A DNA stretch of 63,705 bases, filler included, from Rhabdomonas costata (taxonomy: Eukaryota), in NCBI GenBank assembly GCA_019059605.1. It is 38 parts of 38 records of this genome, joined end to end, with 100 filler letters (N's around TTAATTAATTAA, not from the genome) between each part and the next. Parts side by side here need not be neighbours in the genome. Positions count along the whole stretch, not along the records: positions 50,383 to 51,960 come from JAHMHO010012701.1; positions 52,061 to 53,639 come from JAHMHO010012702.1; positions 53,740 to 55,318 come from JAHMHO010012703.1; positions 55,419 to 56,996 come from JAHMHO010012704.1; positions 57,097 to 58,674 come from JAHMHO010012705.1; positions 58,775 to 60,351 come from JAHMHO010012706.1; positions 60,452 to 62,027 come from JAHMHO010012707.1; positions 62,128 to 63,705 come from JAHMHO010012708.1; 30 more parts are not named here. One strand, written 5' to 3'. The notes beneath the pieces were generated by a model. That model did not search any database and was not told the DNA's origin. It was given only the letters and a program-made list of their open reading frames with translations. A program made the translations under genes and the position numbers. Below, in pieces: positions 51,953 through 63,705 of the stretch (positions within the stretch are counted from its first letter, which is position 1; every line of letters starts with the position of its first letter).

Positions 51953-52592
51953 CACAAAACNNNNNNNNNNNNNNNNNNNNNNNNNNNNNNNNNNNNNNNN
52001 NNNNTTAATTAATTAANNNNNNNNNNNNNNNNNNNNNNNNNNNNNNNNNNNNNNNNNNNNGTTGGTGTGGACCTTTGGGTCATTGGGGGTCACTTGAGTA
52101 GATTAACTCTGGATTAACTTGTTGGGTTTGGAGGTTCCTACCGGAAAGATGATGGCGGAGCCAAATCATTCTCTAAACGTCATTCACGAGTAGGTCCGCC
52201 TTCGCTCGTCTCTCTTCATAAAATATTGCGCCCTTGTGTCGCACGGCATGGCCGCAGCACTGTCTCACGCTTTTTCATGGTTCTGTAAGGGCACATTCTC
52301 CTGATCCAAGTAGAGTTTGGACACCAACTTGTTCCTGCCTATGGCGTAGCCGTGAAGCATTTGTTTGTATCTGAGTGCGCTCAGACAAGAGTGCAAGTCC
52401 TACACCCTTCAATTGTGGCCCGCTCGCGTCATGTGATCAGGAGATACACGTTTCCGAGGCCTACTGCTAAAGAAAGCAGGTGGGCAATCAGAGCTAAACA
52501 AAGGGACGATTTCATTGATGCGGCTTTCATTTTTCATCCGATCGAAAAAGGTTTAGAACAAGCAATGTCAAAATGAGAACAATAAAATTCTT

Positions 52593-53332
52593 GACAAAAC
52601 TCGATTTAAAAAGGGGCCATCACTATGGAAAAAATGGACAATAATTCACCATCTCGCGTGCAAACGCTTCTCAGATCCTGTTCCCTACCAATAATGATTA
52701 GTTACCATGAAGCGTTTTGAAAATACTCCACTTCCGCCGACAATGGCGCCTGGGTCACATTTTAGGCTCGTTTTTCGCCTGTTTCTGGCCCATTTCTGAC
52801 CCATTTTGCCCTATTTATGCCCATTTCGCCCGTTTTTGGGCAATTTTAAGTGATTTTCTACTACAAACTCGACCCCCCTGCCCCCTTGTGGTCAATGTTG
52901 GATCGGAAAATACGAAAGCCGCGTGTCCCAGCAGTGTATTTGCTGGTTTCGACCATGTTATATGACAAAACTTGATTTAAAAAGGGGCCATCACTATGGA
53001 AAAATGGACAATAATTCACCATCTCGCGTGCAAACGCTTCTCAGGTCTTGTTCCCTCCCTATTATGATTAGTTACCATGAAGCGTTTTGAAACTACTCCA
53101 CTTCCGCCGACAATGGCGCCTGGGCCACATTTCAGGCTCGTTTTTCGCCTGTTTCTGGCCCATTTCTGACCCATTTTGCTTGGGTTTGCCCAATTTTAGG
53201 GCATTTTTCACCAGAAATTCGACCCTCCCGGCCCTGCACTTTTTCGGGGCCAACATTGACCGGCGGGGGAAGGGGGTAACGAGATACAGAATTATTGTCC
53301 ATTTTAAGCCCCTTTTTATTTCGAGTTTTGTC
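52593..53332. mobile_element. MITE-like non-autonomous element, two tandem units of about 370 bp
   Basis: Units start at 52593 and 52964 and share about 215 near-identical bp. 53281-53332 is an imperfect inverted copy of the unit start (GACAAAACTCGA..TAAAAAGGGGC...AAAATGGACAATAATTC). No coding frame. Confidence 0.65.
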
Positions 53333-55592
53333 TCTTATTATATAGAATTTTAAGTCAAAGGAGAGGGCTAAGCCGAAGCAGGCCTGGGGTCTTTTGTATA
53401 TACACCAGGCCTCCCGAAACGCTGCGTGGCCGGTCCTTGGGGTCAGGAGAGTCCCGACCTTTCACCCTCGGCCCGTGACGGTGCCCCTTGGCTGCTCTTT
53501 CGTAACCCTTTTGCGCCGCTTCTTGCCCCACGCAGCGAAGGGTTTACGACAGCCCCCACAACCTACTTTACAACGAACCACCCACGCCGAAAGGGGCTCG
53601 GCAACTGGCACGTGGCCGCCTGCAGCCCACAAAAAAAACNNNNNNNNNNNNNNNNNNNNNNNNNNNNNNNNNNNNNNNNNNNNTTAATTAATTAANNNNN
53701 NNNNNNNNNNNNNNNNNNNNNNNNNNNNNNNNNNNNNNNGGGTGTGTGGGAGAGCGAGAGCGAGTGGGAGAGCGGGGGCGAGGCGGCGACCCGTTGGAGC
53801 TATGTATGGCCTGAAACGGGCACATTGGGCGAGACGGCTGTTTCATATCATATGGTGGGTTGGTGCGGCAAGAAACTCGGGAGACTCCACCTCGGACACC
53901 GTTAACAACTTTCCCTGGTGAGACGGCGATACTGTGGTCGGGGCTGACGTGAACGTGTAGATCACGATAGATAACGTCCAGATCACGATGGTGTTCGACA
54001 TACTGGACGGGCTTTCAACGAAAAGATAATGACCGAATGAGAACTTCAAACTCAGATGTACCATTCGATGTCATTTACTTTGCGAGGGATACGTTTTGAC
54101 AACAAAGTGGTATGAACCATACGTACCGCGCACCCCGCGTTTTTTTTGGCCCAGCTTTTGGTAATTGTCGTGAATCAGAAAGAAATGGGGAGGATGAGAA
54201 AAGAGAGGAAGTTGGAAAAAAAAAGATAAAGGGAAGGTCGCTCAAACACGAGCGACGGCTGTCAACTACGAAATCAGCCTATATGTAGTTTATGTAGTTG
54301 TTGAGCCGGGAGCTATCGCTATCGGCTCATCACCTAACAGAAGATTCATTCACTGCAAACATGCACAGGTTGGATTAAATTTTTTTTGGAGCAATTCATA
54401 TATCCACACATACGTCCACTGCGATTTTAAAAGTACTCTGTTCTCCAAACACACCTCCAGGCGATGACTGGAGTCGAGAGAACCTACAGAGTGGGGAATG
54501 CTATCCGAGCGGTGCGGCTTGGGCTCCTCGCGCTTGCCTGAGAAAGGAGACCACACAAAACAAAAGGCCAACGAGTTTGAAGAGTTGAGAGTCGCTTCCC
54601 CTCCTCTGCGTTGGGCTGGCGCTGTGCTTGTGCAGGACAAATGGTCAATGGACAACAACTTTCGCTCAAACGGATCCCGGCGTCATGCATCCAAACCAAA
54701 AACGCTGATACGCAGTGCAGCGAAACCACAAGAAGCGAAACCACAGATGGTACGGCGCAGGAAGTCAATAAACGGCAGGAGGCTGGCAGAGAAGAGGGGC
54801 GCGGCAGCATGGAAGGGGGAGAGAAGTAAGAGTTGCCTGGCGAGGATGGATCCGACACACTGCTCGCTACGCTGTGCCTTAGCTCGGGTGTCCTGTACCC
54901 CACCCCCCACTTGAACCGAAGGCCGGAAAACTATGCGGAAGATGTGCGCAGGTGTGTGCGTCGTTGGATTGGGTATCTTCGCAAACAGCAAACTGAGAAG
55001 GCGACATAGTGAGATATTTTCTCTCATGGCATACGACTTTATGGGGTGTTTTGGGATTTTTCAAGTCCAAGCAGAAATGCAGCAAGTGGCCCCCATTACG
55101 CAGCGCCATGTACCTTCTTTTAATAACGATGGAGCTGATTCGAAGTGCAGAATCAGAGTCAGGGTTGCAACTCTCAATGCAAAAATACCAACACAACACA
55201 AGTCGGGAAAGAGGACAATCACCTTCACTTACTACCTGGCCTAAATAACTGACCCAAAATCCAGCTCTGAAATAACCATAGCACTGGCCCCCAACCTGAG
55301 TCACGCACCAAAACCACANNNNNNNNNNNNNNNNNNNNNNNNNNNNNNNNNNNNNNNNNNNNTTAATTAATTAANNNNNNNNNNNNNNNNNNNNNNNNNN
55401 NNNNNNNNNNNNNNNNNNCTTCAAAGAGACCTGAGTGGGCACTAAAAAGCCAGTATAAAAGCACAAGGGCGACGGGTAAGAGAAGGGCATGAACCAACCG
55501 CACTGGAATGGAGAGATGAGAGGAAGAAGTTGTGAGGTAGACAGTGATGGGGGGTTCTCCTTTTCTCAATTTCCACAAAGAAGAGGTTTAAC

Positions 55593-56941
55593 CTTTCGGT
55601 CGTAGAGCTCCAAGCCGATCAGCTGGAAGACGTCTGCCATGAGCTGCGACTTGAGCTTTCGGTCCAGGGCAGTGGTGGTGTGCAGGGAGGGCATCGGGTT
55701 GACCTCCAGAAGGTAAGGCTACGGGGAAGGCAACCAACGTTCGAGGGAAAGGGCGCCACAGAAGGCGAACGGGAGGCAGGCAGGCAACACAAGTCAGCAA
55801 ACGAAATGAAGCGGTTCGGCGGAGATGCGTTGGAATGGAGAACAATGGTTCAGCTCATTCAAAACGGCATCTCAAATTCACAACGGTGTCTCGATTTCTG
55901 GAAAACAGATTCATCAGATGCATCATGAACCGCAAATTGGCATCATGAACCGCAAATTGGCATCATGAACCGCGATGCCACACGTCGTAGACCCTAAAGT
56001 GTTTTTCGGGTCAAGCCACGTTTTCCCGACCAAAACAAGCTTTTCAGTGCTGACAAGACCTCAGGCAAACCATCCTCGACGATACGGCGCTACCGTAATT
56101 GCGACGCTCGATTCCAATTTGGAGTGAAAACGACGAAAATACCCATCAAAGGTGCTGTTGTCGCTTCCGGTGCAACGGTATGTGACTGTTTAAACAGTTA
56201 ACACCCCTCCGTTACCACCTTCGATGTCCAAAACCAGTTTAGAAAAAAGCTGTGGGATGAAATACGCCTCGCTCAAGGCATCAGATTTGGCACAAAGGCG
56301 AACAAGCGAAGCGCACGGTGGGGACCTGCCGGTCGTCCAGGAGAACGTCCATCCCGAAGAGCTCAAAGCAGGTGCTGCGGTATTTTACAAACTGCGTGAC
56401 CTGAGACAAATGCCGCAGAAGAAAAAGGCACAGAATTAGAAAGCGCGGTCTTCAGGCTAAAACATCGCTGACACTCCAGGGTCACAGCAATGCATGAGAA
56501 CAGCAGAGGACCAGGTGTGCACACACACACACACACTCCAGGCGGAACCTCAACTGAAACACAGTCGAAAAATATTGGGATCAAGAACGCCCAGTTGCTT
56601 GCGGATCATTTCCTTCATGCAAAACTGGCAACCTGGCGGCCATTGCAGTTGCATAGCAATAGGTGGGACTGTAAAAAAACGTTGGGCCGGTTCTGCGAAA
56701 CAAGCTTTTGAAAACCGAATTCCCGAACGTCACTAGAATACCACTAATAGGATACCAAGACGTCAATTCGCAGTGATGATCAATGTTGAAGTCACCCGCA
56801 TAAAGCCGAGAGCATCTTAACAAAGGACCTTGGTGACCACGACAGGTTCGACACTCAGCATGGTCTTCACAATCAGGTCAGTGATGGCCTTCCACAAGGG
56901 GGCCCACTCAATGCCGTGCCGCTCAAACAGCGCCACCAATG
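55593..56941 (-). CDS. TTLL: Tubulin-tyrosine-ligase-like glutamylase (TTLL4/5-like) fragment (3 exons)
   Basis: Exons 56941-56829, 56400-56326 and 55718-55593 give LWKAITDLIVKTMLSVE...CFELFGMDVLLD...PYLLEVNPMPSLHTTTALDRKLK. Confidence 0.93.
55920..55973. repeat. Intronic 20-bp tandem repeat, about 2.7 copies
   Basis: Unit GCATCATGAACCGCAAATTG. Confidence 0.9.
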
Positions 56942-59737
56942 CTGCAGATCAAAAAAAAAACTTCCTGATTTCATGCGCCGTGCGCCCCCCCCAAAANNNN
57001 NNNNNNNNNNNNNNNNNNNNNNNNNNNNNNNNNNNNNNNNTTAATTAATTAANNNNNNNNNNNNNNNNNNNNNNNNNNNNNNNNNNNNNNNNNNNNGGGT
57101 GTGTGGCGATTCACATGTAGAATGAAATTCACTCACGTTTGATGGCTGGTAAGAAGTTGGTACCCACCAGAATTGTGCTTACATCATGGACCGTGTGGTG
57201 AAGTATCGTTAATCGTGCATAGTGTTGTGCACTGTGCCGTATTGTTACTCGTGCACACAACAGTTTGTATGTTACCACTAATAGATGGTCCACGGTTCCA
57301 TGATAAAGTCACATCTATTCTGTGGCAGTTCTTGGTGTTCTCAGCTGCAGAGCCTAGTTAGTCAATGGCTGATTAAGATCTGTGTATGGTGTCTTGTAGA
57401 CCTCCGTTTTGTCGCTTGACTGGCTGTGGCTCAGAGGAGACTTGGTGTCACAGTCGTGGAATTGGTTGAGTGGTTTATCGGAGGACTAGTAACACTTGGT
57501 GGGCAGCGTCAAAAATGTGATGATATTGGTTCAAATAGCCAGTTTCCTAGGTCGCGTGACGTGTGCTCCATTGTCTTCCGCCGCTCAAAACTTACAGAAA
57601 GAGTGAGGTTTTACATGAATGCTGGAAACTGGACCGTGGCTGAGTGGACTGTGGACTTGAAACGCGTTTGTTAGAACTTATGAATGAGGCACAATTGGTT
57701 GAGGTAGATGAATGGATACTCTATAGTCAATATGGGCATTTACGTGTCAATGAATGGATGCCTCACAAACAAGACGCTTCACGTAATAATGGAAAATAAA
57801 CGATGTGGAATAAACACCGCTTAGACGTTATTTGTGTTGGATTACTTTGAACAGTAACCTAGCTGGGCCGTGGATGCAGTATGACGCCCGTGGCTAACGC
57901 AATGTTTATATCCTACTCCAGGAAGGAGAGGAACGATTCTGCCAAGCAGATCAAGCCGAAATAGCTACAAAACGTGCAGAAGATGGCATTGGTGTATATC
58001 AGTACTCTCCAGCTAAGAGAAATGTGTATGGCAGCTTGGACAGGACTTGATCCAGATCATTGTTCTGGGAGGTTAGATGGTCTTTTAATGGAAGCTACTC
58101 CACGTGGGGACGAGATACAAAAAGCAGCTGTATACCAAATGCCATCACCTCCATGTTCAGTTAGTGTGATGATGTGTCCATTTGACACATGACATGAATT
58201 AAAACACCGTGATATGGAATGCATTGAGTTAATGACACCATGACACAAAGAGTGTTTAGCAGGCATGTCTGACTCGGCAACATCCACTTCTGGCCTTTTT
58301 ATCACCAGGTCAGCATAACAAGACCTGTGGTACAACTCCATGACAACCAATGGCATCACAACATCATCTAACAGTCATTGGACTCACACAGTATATTACT
58401 ACGTATACAAAGGCGAGATGATGCCATGAAACAACGAATTTTAGACGCAATGATGTGACACCATGCTATAAACACCACCACAACACACATACAGTAGGTT
58501 GACATGGTTGTTACACCACCACTTGGTTCCTCGCTGGAATGCGAAATTACTACCTGGTAATTGCAAACAAGAAACAGTTAGAGCCCATTCACTACTTACA
58601 ATCACAACCTGGTTATAGGGACATTACATCAACTAACAAAGCGTACCAACTGTATTATTTTGGCCGACCAAACCNNNNNNNNNNNNNNNNNNNNNNNNNN
58701 NNNNNNNNNNNNNNNNNNTTAATTAATTAANNNNNNNNNNNNNNNNNNNNNNNNNNNNNNNNNNNNNNNNNNNNGTTTTGTTGGGTTTTGGGGGTTCTCG
58801 TTGCTGGGCTTTGGCAGACAAATGGGACAATATTATTTTTGGTGCACCAGTGGCGGCCAGTGACGGCGGCGGCCGGATGAGCGGGCGGATGAAATGCTGC
58901 AGGGTGCTAAACAATCGAATCGGGGAATTTTTTCCGGATGGATTTTAGAGTGCGGGGGTTACGTAAACTACTATGTCAGCTACCTCTATGCATTTTCCAT
59001 TTTTACCTGGAAAATCCATTTTTACCTGTAAAAAAGTTCAGCAAAGTGGGGGTAGATATTCGGTTTTTCTGCCTCCTAGACATACCCCAGACATACTTTA
59101 CTTTAAGGGGGCTTGCGGTGCTGAACGTTTACCGCCCCCCTCCCCTCAAATACAAGAAGCACGTAACCTTGGCCGTACAACAAGTGAGAATTCTCCCTTT
59201 TGGGGTAAAACGCGGCTACAAGGCCTAAATCGAGGCCACAAAAACCTCGAAATCGTTTGCGGGTGTTACTACAATTTAGTAATAAAGGCGGCCAGGATAT
59301 GAGACAGGGATGACATGACAAGGGCAATGGCGTGGAGCAAGTGCATCGCCCCGCCCCCACCAATTCCCATACGTGCGCTAAGTGATGTCGATGCTAGCCT
59401 TGTCACATCTGCTGCCCCTATCCGGAGGTACACACACAGTATTCCCAAGAATAAACCAAGGGGAACAACAAAAGGTGCACACGCAGACCTGCACTCTTGC
59501 CGGCTGAATTCGAGGATCACAACTTCCCATTTAGACGATCCCTCGCCTTCTGCCACGTGAGCTGCATTTGTGCCTGTCTGCTGGTCGGTGTATCGCATCC
59601 GCCGTTTGAATGACATGCTCGTCTCCCGAGGATGTGGTGTGTGAATGTACCTTTAAGCACATTGACCGGTGAGCGTTTTTTTGCCTCCACGCAAACAGAC
59701 ACTCTTGCTCCAGTCTGTGTATGTGTGTGGTCACCAG

Positions 59738-59886
59738 TTCGCCCTGGAATGCACCGGCTGGTGGTGTGGGCGGACAACGAGGCCATCTCCGCGATCACCT
59801 CACAGCCTTTTGAGGTGCTTCCCGCTCAGCAGCTGCAGCAACAGGCCGCTCCGGCCTCCCCCGAGGCGCCTGCCCGAGCCACCTAG
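59738..59886 (+). CDS. Probable terminal exon of an unknown protein
   Basis: CAG acceptor followed by RPGMHRLVVWADNEAISAITSQPFEVLP...*, GC-rich. Confidence 0.4.
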
Positions 59887-61091
59887 CGACCCTTTTCGGT
59901 GACCGCTGCGGAATTTTTCTATCATGCCGCCGTTTGTCTGTCTGCATATGTGCATATGTATGTGCGTATATCTGCCTGCCGGAATGGCTGGGCCGTGGTG
60001 TGCATGTTTCAGTTTCACTCATTGGTATGGCTTGTTCACCATTGAAGCTTGCGAAGGATTGGGGGATGACTTCACCCCCCGTTTTCTGCCGCAGCTACTG
60101 TGTCGTCATGGCTGGGGCCGCTTTTCTTCCGTTTAGTTGAAGAGGGGAGTTCGACCTGTCCACCAGAATATCGAGCGATGTGACCCTCTCCTCTCACCGC
60201 GGAGCAGCAGAACTCGCAGCCATTGCTACAGGAAAGCAAGCACACAATGGCTAAACCGAGATGGACTTCTTTCTCGCTTCCTCGGAGCATGTGTGGCTGG
60301 CGTCCAGCACAAAACGAATCGCGCCCCCCCCCCAGGAATGCATCCGTTCACNNNNNNNNNNNNNNNNNNNNNNNNNNNNNNNNNNNNNNNNNNNNTTAAT
60401 TAATTAANNNNNNNNNNNNNNNNNNNNNNNNNNNNNNNNNNNNNNNNNNNNAACCGACACAGAGGCAAGAGAGGAGGCCAGCACGGCAGTGCGCTGTAGC
60501 AGCCCCAGCCACCTATTGGTTTTATATTTGGTTGCACGTGGCAGCAGAGTAACCGGGAGTTCAGATAACGGCAGCGTTGGATGGAGAAGCGGACATCGAA
60601 GATCATCGAAGGCACGAAAAAAAAAGATCCCTCCCTCTCTTCGCCACAGTCTCCTTACTTGCCGAGAATCAGGAGAGTAAGAGCTGACGCACAGCTTCGG
60701 ATCCCCTCCAATTTATATGGTCCCTGTGTGCTTTCAGCTTCCGCAGGTGGAGATAGAAATCCTCCCCAGTCCTTCTCTCCTTGCTCTGTTCGATTACTGA
60801 GTGTATCACTTTTTTTCAGTTTGGTACCCTGACGAAGCTTTGCTGCTTTTGTGCTTTATCTTGGATGGTGTGAAATCCGTCTAACCTGGAAACCTGTCTC
60901 TCAACCCATGCTTTCTCCCCCTCCTTCAATGCTTCAGGCCTTCCTGTCGTCCTTTCTGGTGTCATGCTATTGCTTGCCGCGGACGGTTGAACTGGACTTT
61001 GGACATTGGTTGGTTGGCGATCGTCAACTGTGCTCCGTTGCTGAGCATGCATCCCCACTGTAGCATACCGTTTTTCTTTCACGCACTGAGT

Positions 61092-61220
61092 CCACAGCAT
61101 GCCCGCACACACGGGGTGTCCAACAGCAGCAGCGGCACATAGCAGAGGGTTGGATGCACACAGGATGGAGCCAGGATTGAACCACTGTGGCAGCAACATT
61201 GGCGCGGAAGCACATGGGTA
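61092..61220 (-). repeat. Dispersed repeat of about 140 bp, copy 2
   Basis: Reverse-complement match to 24237-24373. Confidence 0.85.
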
Positions 61221-62134
61221 AAGTTGCATAGGAAGAAAAATGAACAGAAGGCGGGGAGGGGTGGGAAAAGGAAGCATCCCCTTGCGACAAGCTTCAGCTT
61301 AAGAGTGGAATGGAGTGGGGTTGGGTGGTTGGAGCGTACAATTGGAATTGGAATTGGAGAAAGATGATCTCCTTTTATTTGAGGAGGGGTTCTTGTTTTT
61401 TCTTTGATTTAAAGCTTGCTGGGGGGGGGGGGTCTTGGTTCGTCGCCCCGGCCTAATCACTGCGTGCCCTCGGGCAACAAAGGTTTTTGTGGCTCAAAGG
61501 CCGAAGAGATGGGAGCTCGGTTAGAGTCCCCATATGCGAAGCAACAAGACCAGACAAGCGGAAAGAAGTTGCGCTTCCCCCTCCCACACTCCAGCGCACC
61601 TGCACTTATGCCGCAGCTCTGAGGCGTCCTGCTTACGGCCCAGAGCAAACACCTTGGCAAGCCGGGCCAGGCCCCCAGGGGTGGGCAGCCCAGGAGCCTG
61701 CCCGATATGCCGCAGGTACCGCAGCCCCACCAAGGGCCTCATTCGGAGCTCTGGCACAAGTAGGTATGGGACACGCAAGTTTATCAATGAAGTGGATAAC
61801 TCAAGGGATGCCCAACCCATGGATAGTCCCAACCGGGCGGCCTCTCTGAAAATGTACCTGTCCAACTCCACCCCAACAATTCCAACAGTACATATAAGAG
61901 AAAATTTGCTTTCTTTTCAAATTGGGAGCTCGGTGGTTCAAACTGGGAATGATCCTTTAATATGGAATGGGGCAAAAGCAATAAAATTGCCTCCCTCCTT
62001 CCCACGTAACTGAGCAAATCCAAAACCNNNNNNNNNNNNNNNNNNNNNNNNNNNNNNNNNNNNNNNNNNNNTTAATTAATTAANNNNNNNNNNNNNNNNN
62101 NNNNNNNNNNNNNNNNNNNNNNNNNNNGTTTTTT

Positions 62135-62258
62135 GTGTCAGGTGGTGATCCCTTCAAATTTCAAACCACCTCTACTCTCACGCCCCAAGGTCTAACCCCA
62201 AACCCGTAGTCTTGACAGTAGAGGTGGTTTGAAATTTGAAGGGATCACCACCTGACAC
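62135..62258. repeat. Terminal fold-back inverted repeat (42-bp arms)
   Basis: 62135-62176 versus 62217-62258. Confidence 0.9.
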
Positions 62259-62475
62259 GAAAAAGCACACATCGCCGCCACGCCGCCATCACTGGCTATT
62301 TTGTTGCACCTGAAAATTCACGGGAACTGCTTCCCTTCCCTTCTGTTCCCTTACTTTGTCTTGTTTATCCTCCCAAACGATTTCAACCCACAATCAATGA
62401 AAAATTCGAGCAAACCGTGACTATCACCAGTACGCTACTGTTGTCCTTGCGTTCGACCCTGTGAAAGCAGCTCAC

Positions 62476-63637
62476 CTGCCATACTCCGCGCACAATGTGA
62501 AGGAGGTGTTCCCCAGCCGCTCCATCGCCTTCAAAATAGTCTTCCGGGACACGCTCACGTCGAAGTTCAGCTCCGTAGAAAACGTATCTGAAAGAGTGAA
62601 AGAGGATCAAATGGGAGGGAGGCGAGCGAGGGCGTCCTACAACACCAAGCATATGCAGGTGGGAGGAAACACATTCACACCTGCCCCCTCATGGAAGTCC
62701 TCAGCTTTCAGGTACTTGGGGACGAGCTGCAGAGGGAGCATGCTTTGGGCAAGGTAGCATGCCACGGAGCCATGGGCCCGCTCCACGGCGGCCCAGAACT
62801 GGCCGTCAGGGTCCCGCACGTACAGCCGGCTCTGCTGAAAGGTAAACCCGGCGCTCTTGGTGCCCTCCAGCCGGAGAACCAACCCTTTCTCTGAGTGAAG
62901 AACAAGGACAGCCGCTGATCCACCTGCGAGGACTGTGAGAAGTTCTCAATTCAATGGGGAAGGTATAAAGCATTCACTGTGTCCCACTCCGCCGCAAGAA
63001 CGAAGCAGGAACAGGGAACCTGAGCTGAAATATCTTATCACTTGGAGATGATTCAAGAGCGCCATGGAAACAGAGGCATGAGGGCACTCTATCCACCAAA
63101 AAAGGAAACAAAAGACCCCGACGGCATGATGGCATGTTTCTGCATTCCGTTGGTAAAAACAACAACAATAATGCCAACGTTTCAAAAAGCTGTCGGATTC
63201 ATCAATGTATTAACCAAAACTTGATAAAAAAACCTCGGACGAGAAGAATGTACGTGCGGGGGATGGGAAAAGATGAAAGGGGAAGTGGAGCAGGGCACTT
63301 ATAAACCTGGCAAAAAGGGCCTGCACGTGGTGAGGTGCAGGTTGGGGGTGGGATCAGCCTGATCCGCGGTCTGGTCCAGCAGCCGCTTCACGGCAATCAC
63401 GGCGCGATACAACAACGGTACCAGCCACACCACGAACAGCGCAAAGAACGGGAGATCGGCGAGCAGCCGCAGCAGCTGTACAGCACACAGCACCCGCCGT
63501 GGCCCGGCATCTGGAGTGAGCTTCCATTGCGAAACCAGCAGCTTGGCCCTCCATCTGCGAGCCAACGGATAATTGAATGATCGCAAGAGCATCGGGAGGG
63601 GCATGGAATTTGATCCATACGGGGTCCACCCCCACAT
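62476..63637 (-). CDS. Unknown membrane protein fragment (3 exons)
   Basis: Exons about 63637-63307, 62923-62681 and 62587-62476 join in phase through GT-AG introns. TM segment LLADLPFFALFVVWLVPLLYRAV. Confidence 0.7.
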
Positions 63638-63705
63638 CTGTGAAAACGCACTTGAAGATCGCAGGGTTAGAAGTGGCTTGCCAACAACTAAGTACATAAT
63701 TGGCA

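Noticed and set aside
55719-56325. Possible non-canonical intron in the TTLL gene (the canonical join is one residue shorter than the LDxxxxP consensus)
   Set aside because: A clean in-phase GT-AG join exists, and a one-residue deletion is the simpler explanation without transcript data.
10351-56941. Tubulin/flagellar gene cluster (TBCD, CFAP206, TTLL)
   Set aside because: The genes are on separate contigs placed together only by size sorting.
60797-60819. CTGAGTGT...T7CAG resembling the euglenid spliced leader
   Set aside because: The match is partial and is better explained as a polypyrimidine tract with an AG acceptor.
1580-62127. Regularly spaced TTAATTAATTAA as a biological repeat or CRISPR-like array
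   Set aside because: It is always embedded in 44+44 Ns, so it is a concatenation linker.

Overview
This is not a contiguous locus. It is 38 unlinked contigs of about 1.58 kb (1,576-1,588 bp, apparently size-sorted) joined by 37 artificial 100-nt linkers (N44-TTAATTAATTAA-N44), so nothing can be inferred across a linker. Most contigs are nuclear DNA of an intron-rich flagellated eukaryote; a euglenozoan such as a diplonemid is plausible but this is inference. Reading exons by hand gives fragments of TBCD, a hemerythrin-domain protein, TSR2, CCAR1/DBC1, a USP7-like protein, a TilS-like PP-loop enzyme, a TTLL glutamylase, a dual-specificity phosphatase, an STE-type kinase, a CFAP206-like protein, a class I methyltransferase, a DUF229-like protein, a PDZ protein and several unknowns, with several apparent GC-AG introns. 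Also present are a decayed LINE reverse transcriptase, a MITE-like element and a dispersed repeat. Contig ends carry a G/T-only degenerate-primer imprint and frequent fold-back inversions, which points to whole-genome-amplified (single-cell) DNA. The most interesting signal is in contigs 1 and 27 (possibly also 35). They share a collinear motif scaffold around a short cassette flanked by inverted repeats, and they hold hydrophobic reading frames, one of which opens up if TGA=Trp. This resembles fragmented-gene mitochondrial chromosomes, but it is a hypothesis that needs HMM and RNA tests. No rRNA, tRNA, CRISPR or clearly prokaryotic genes were seen.
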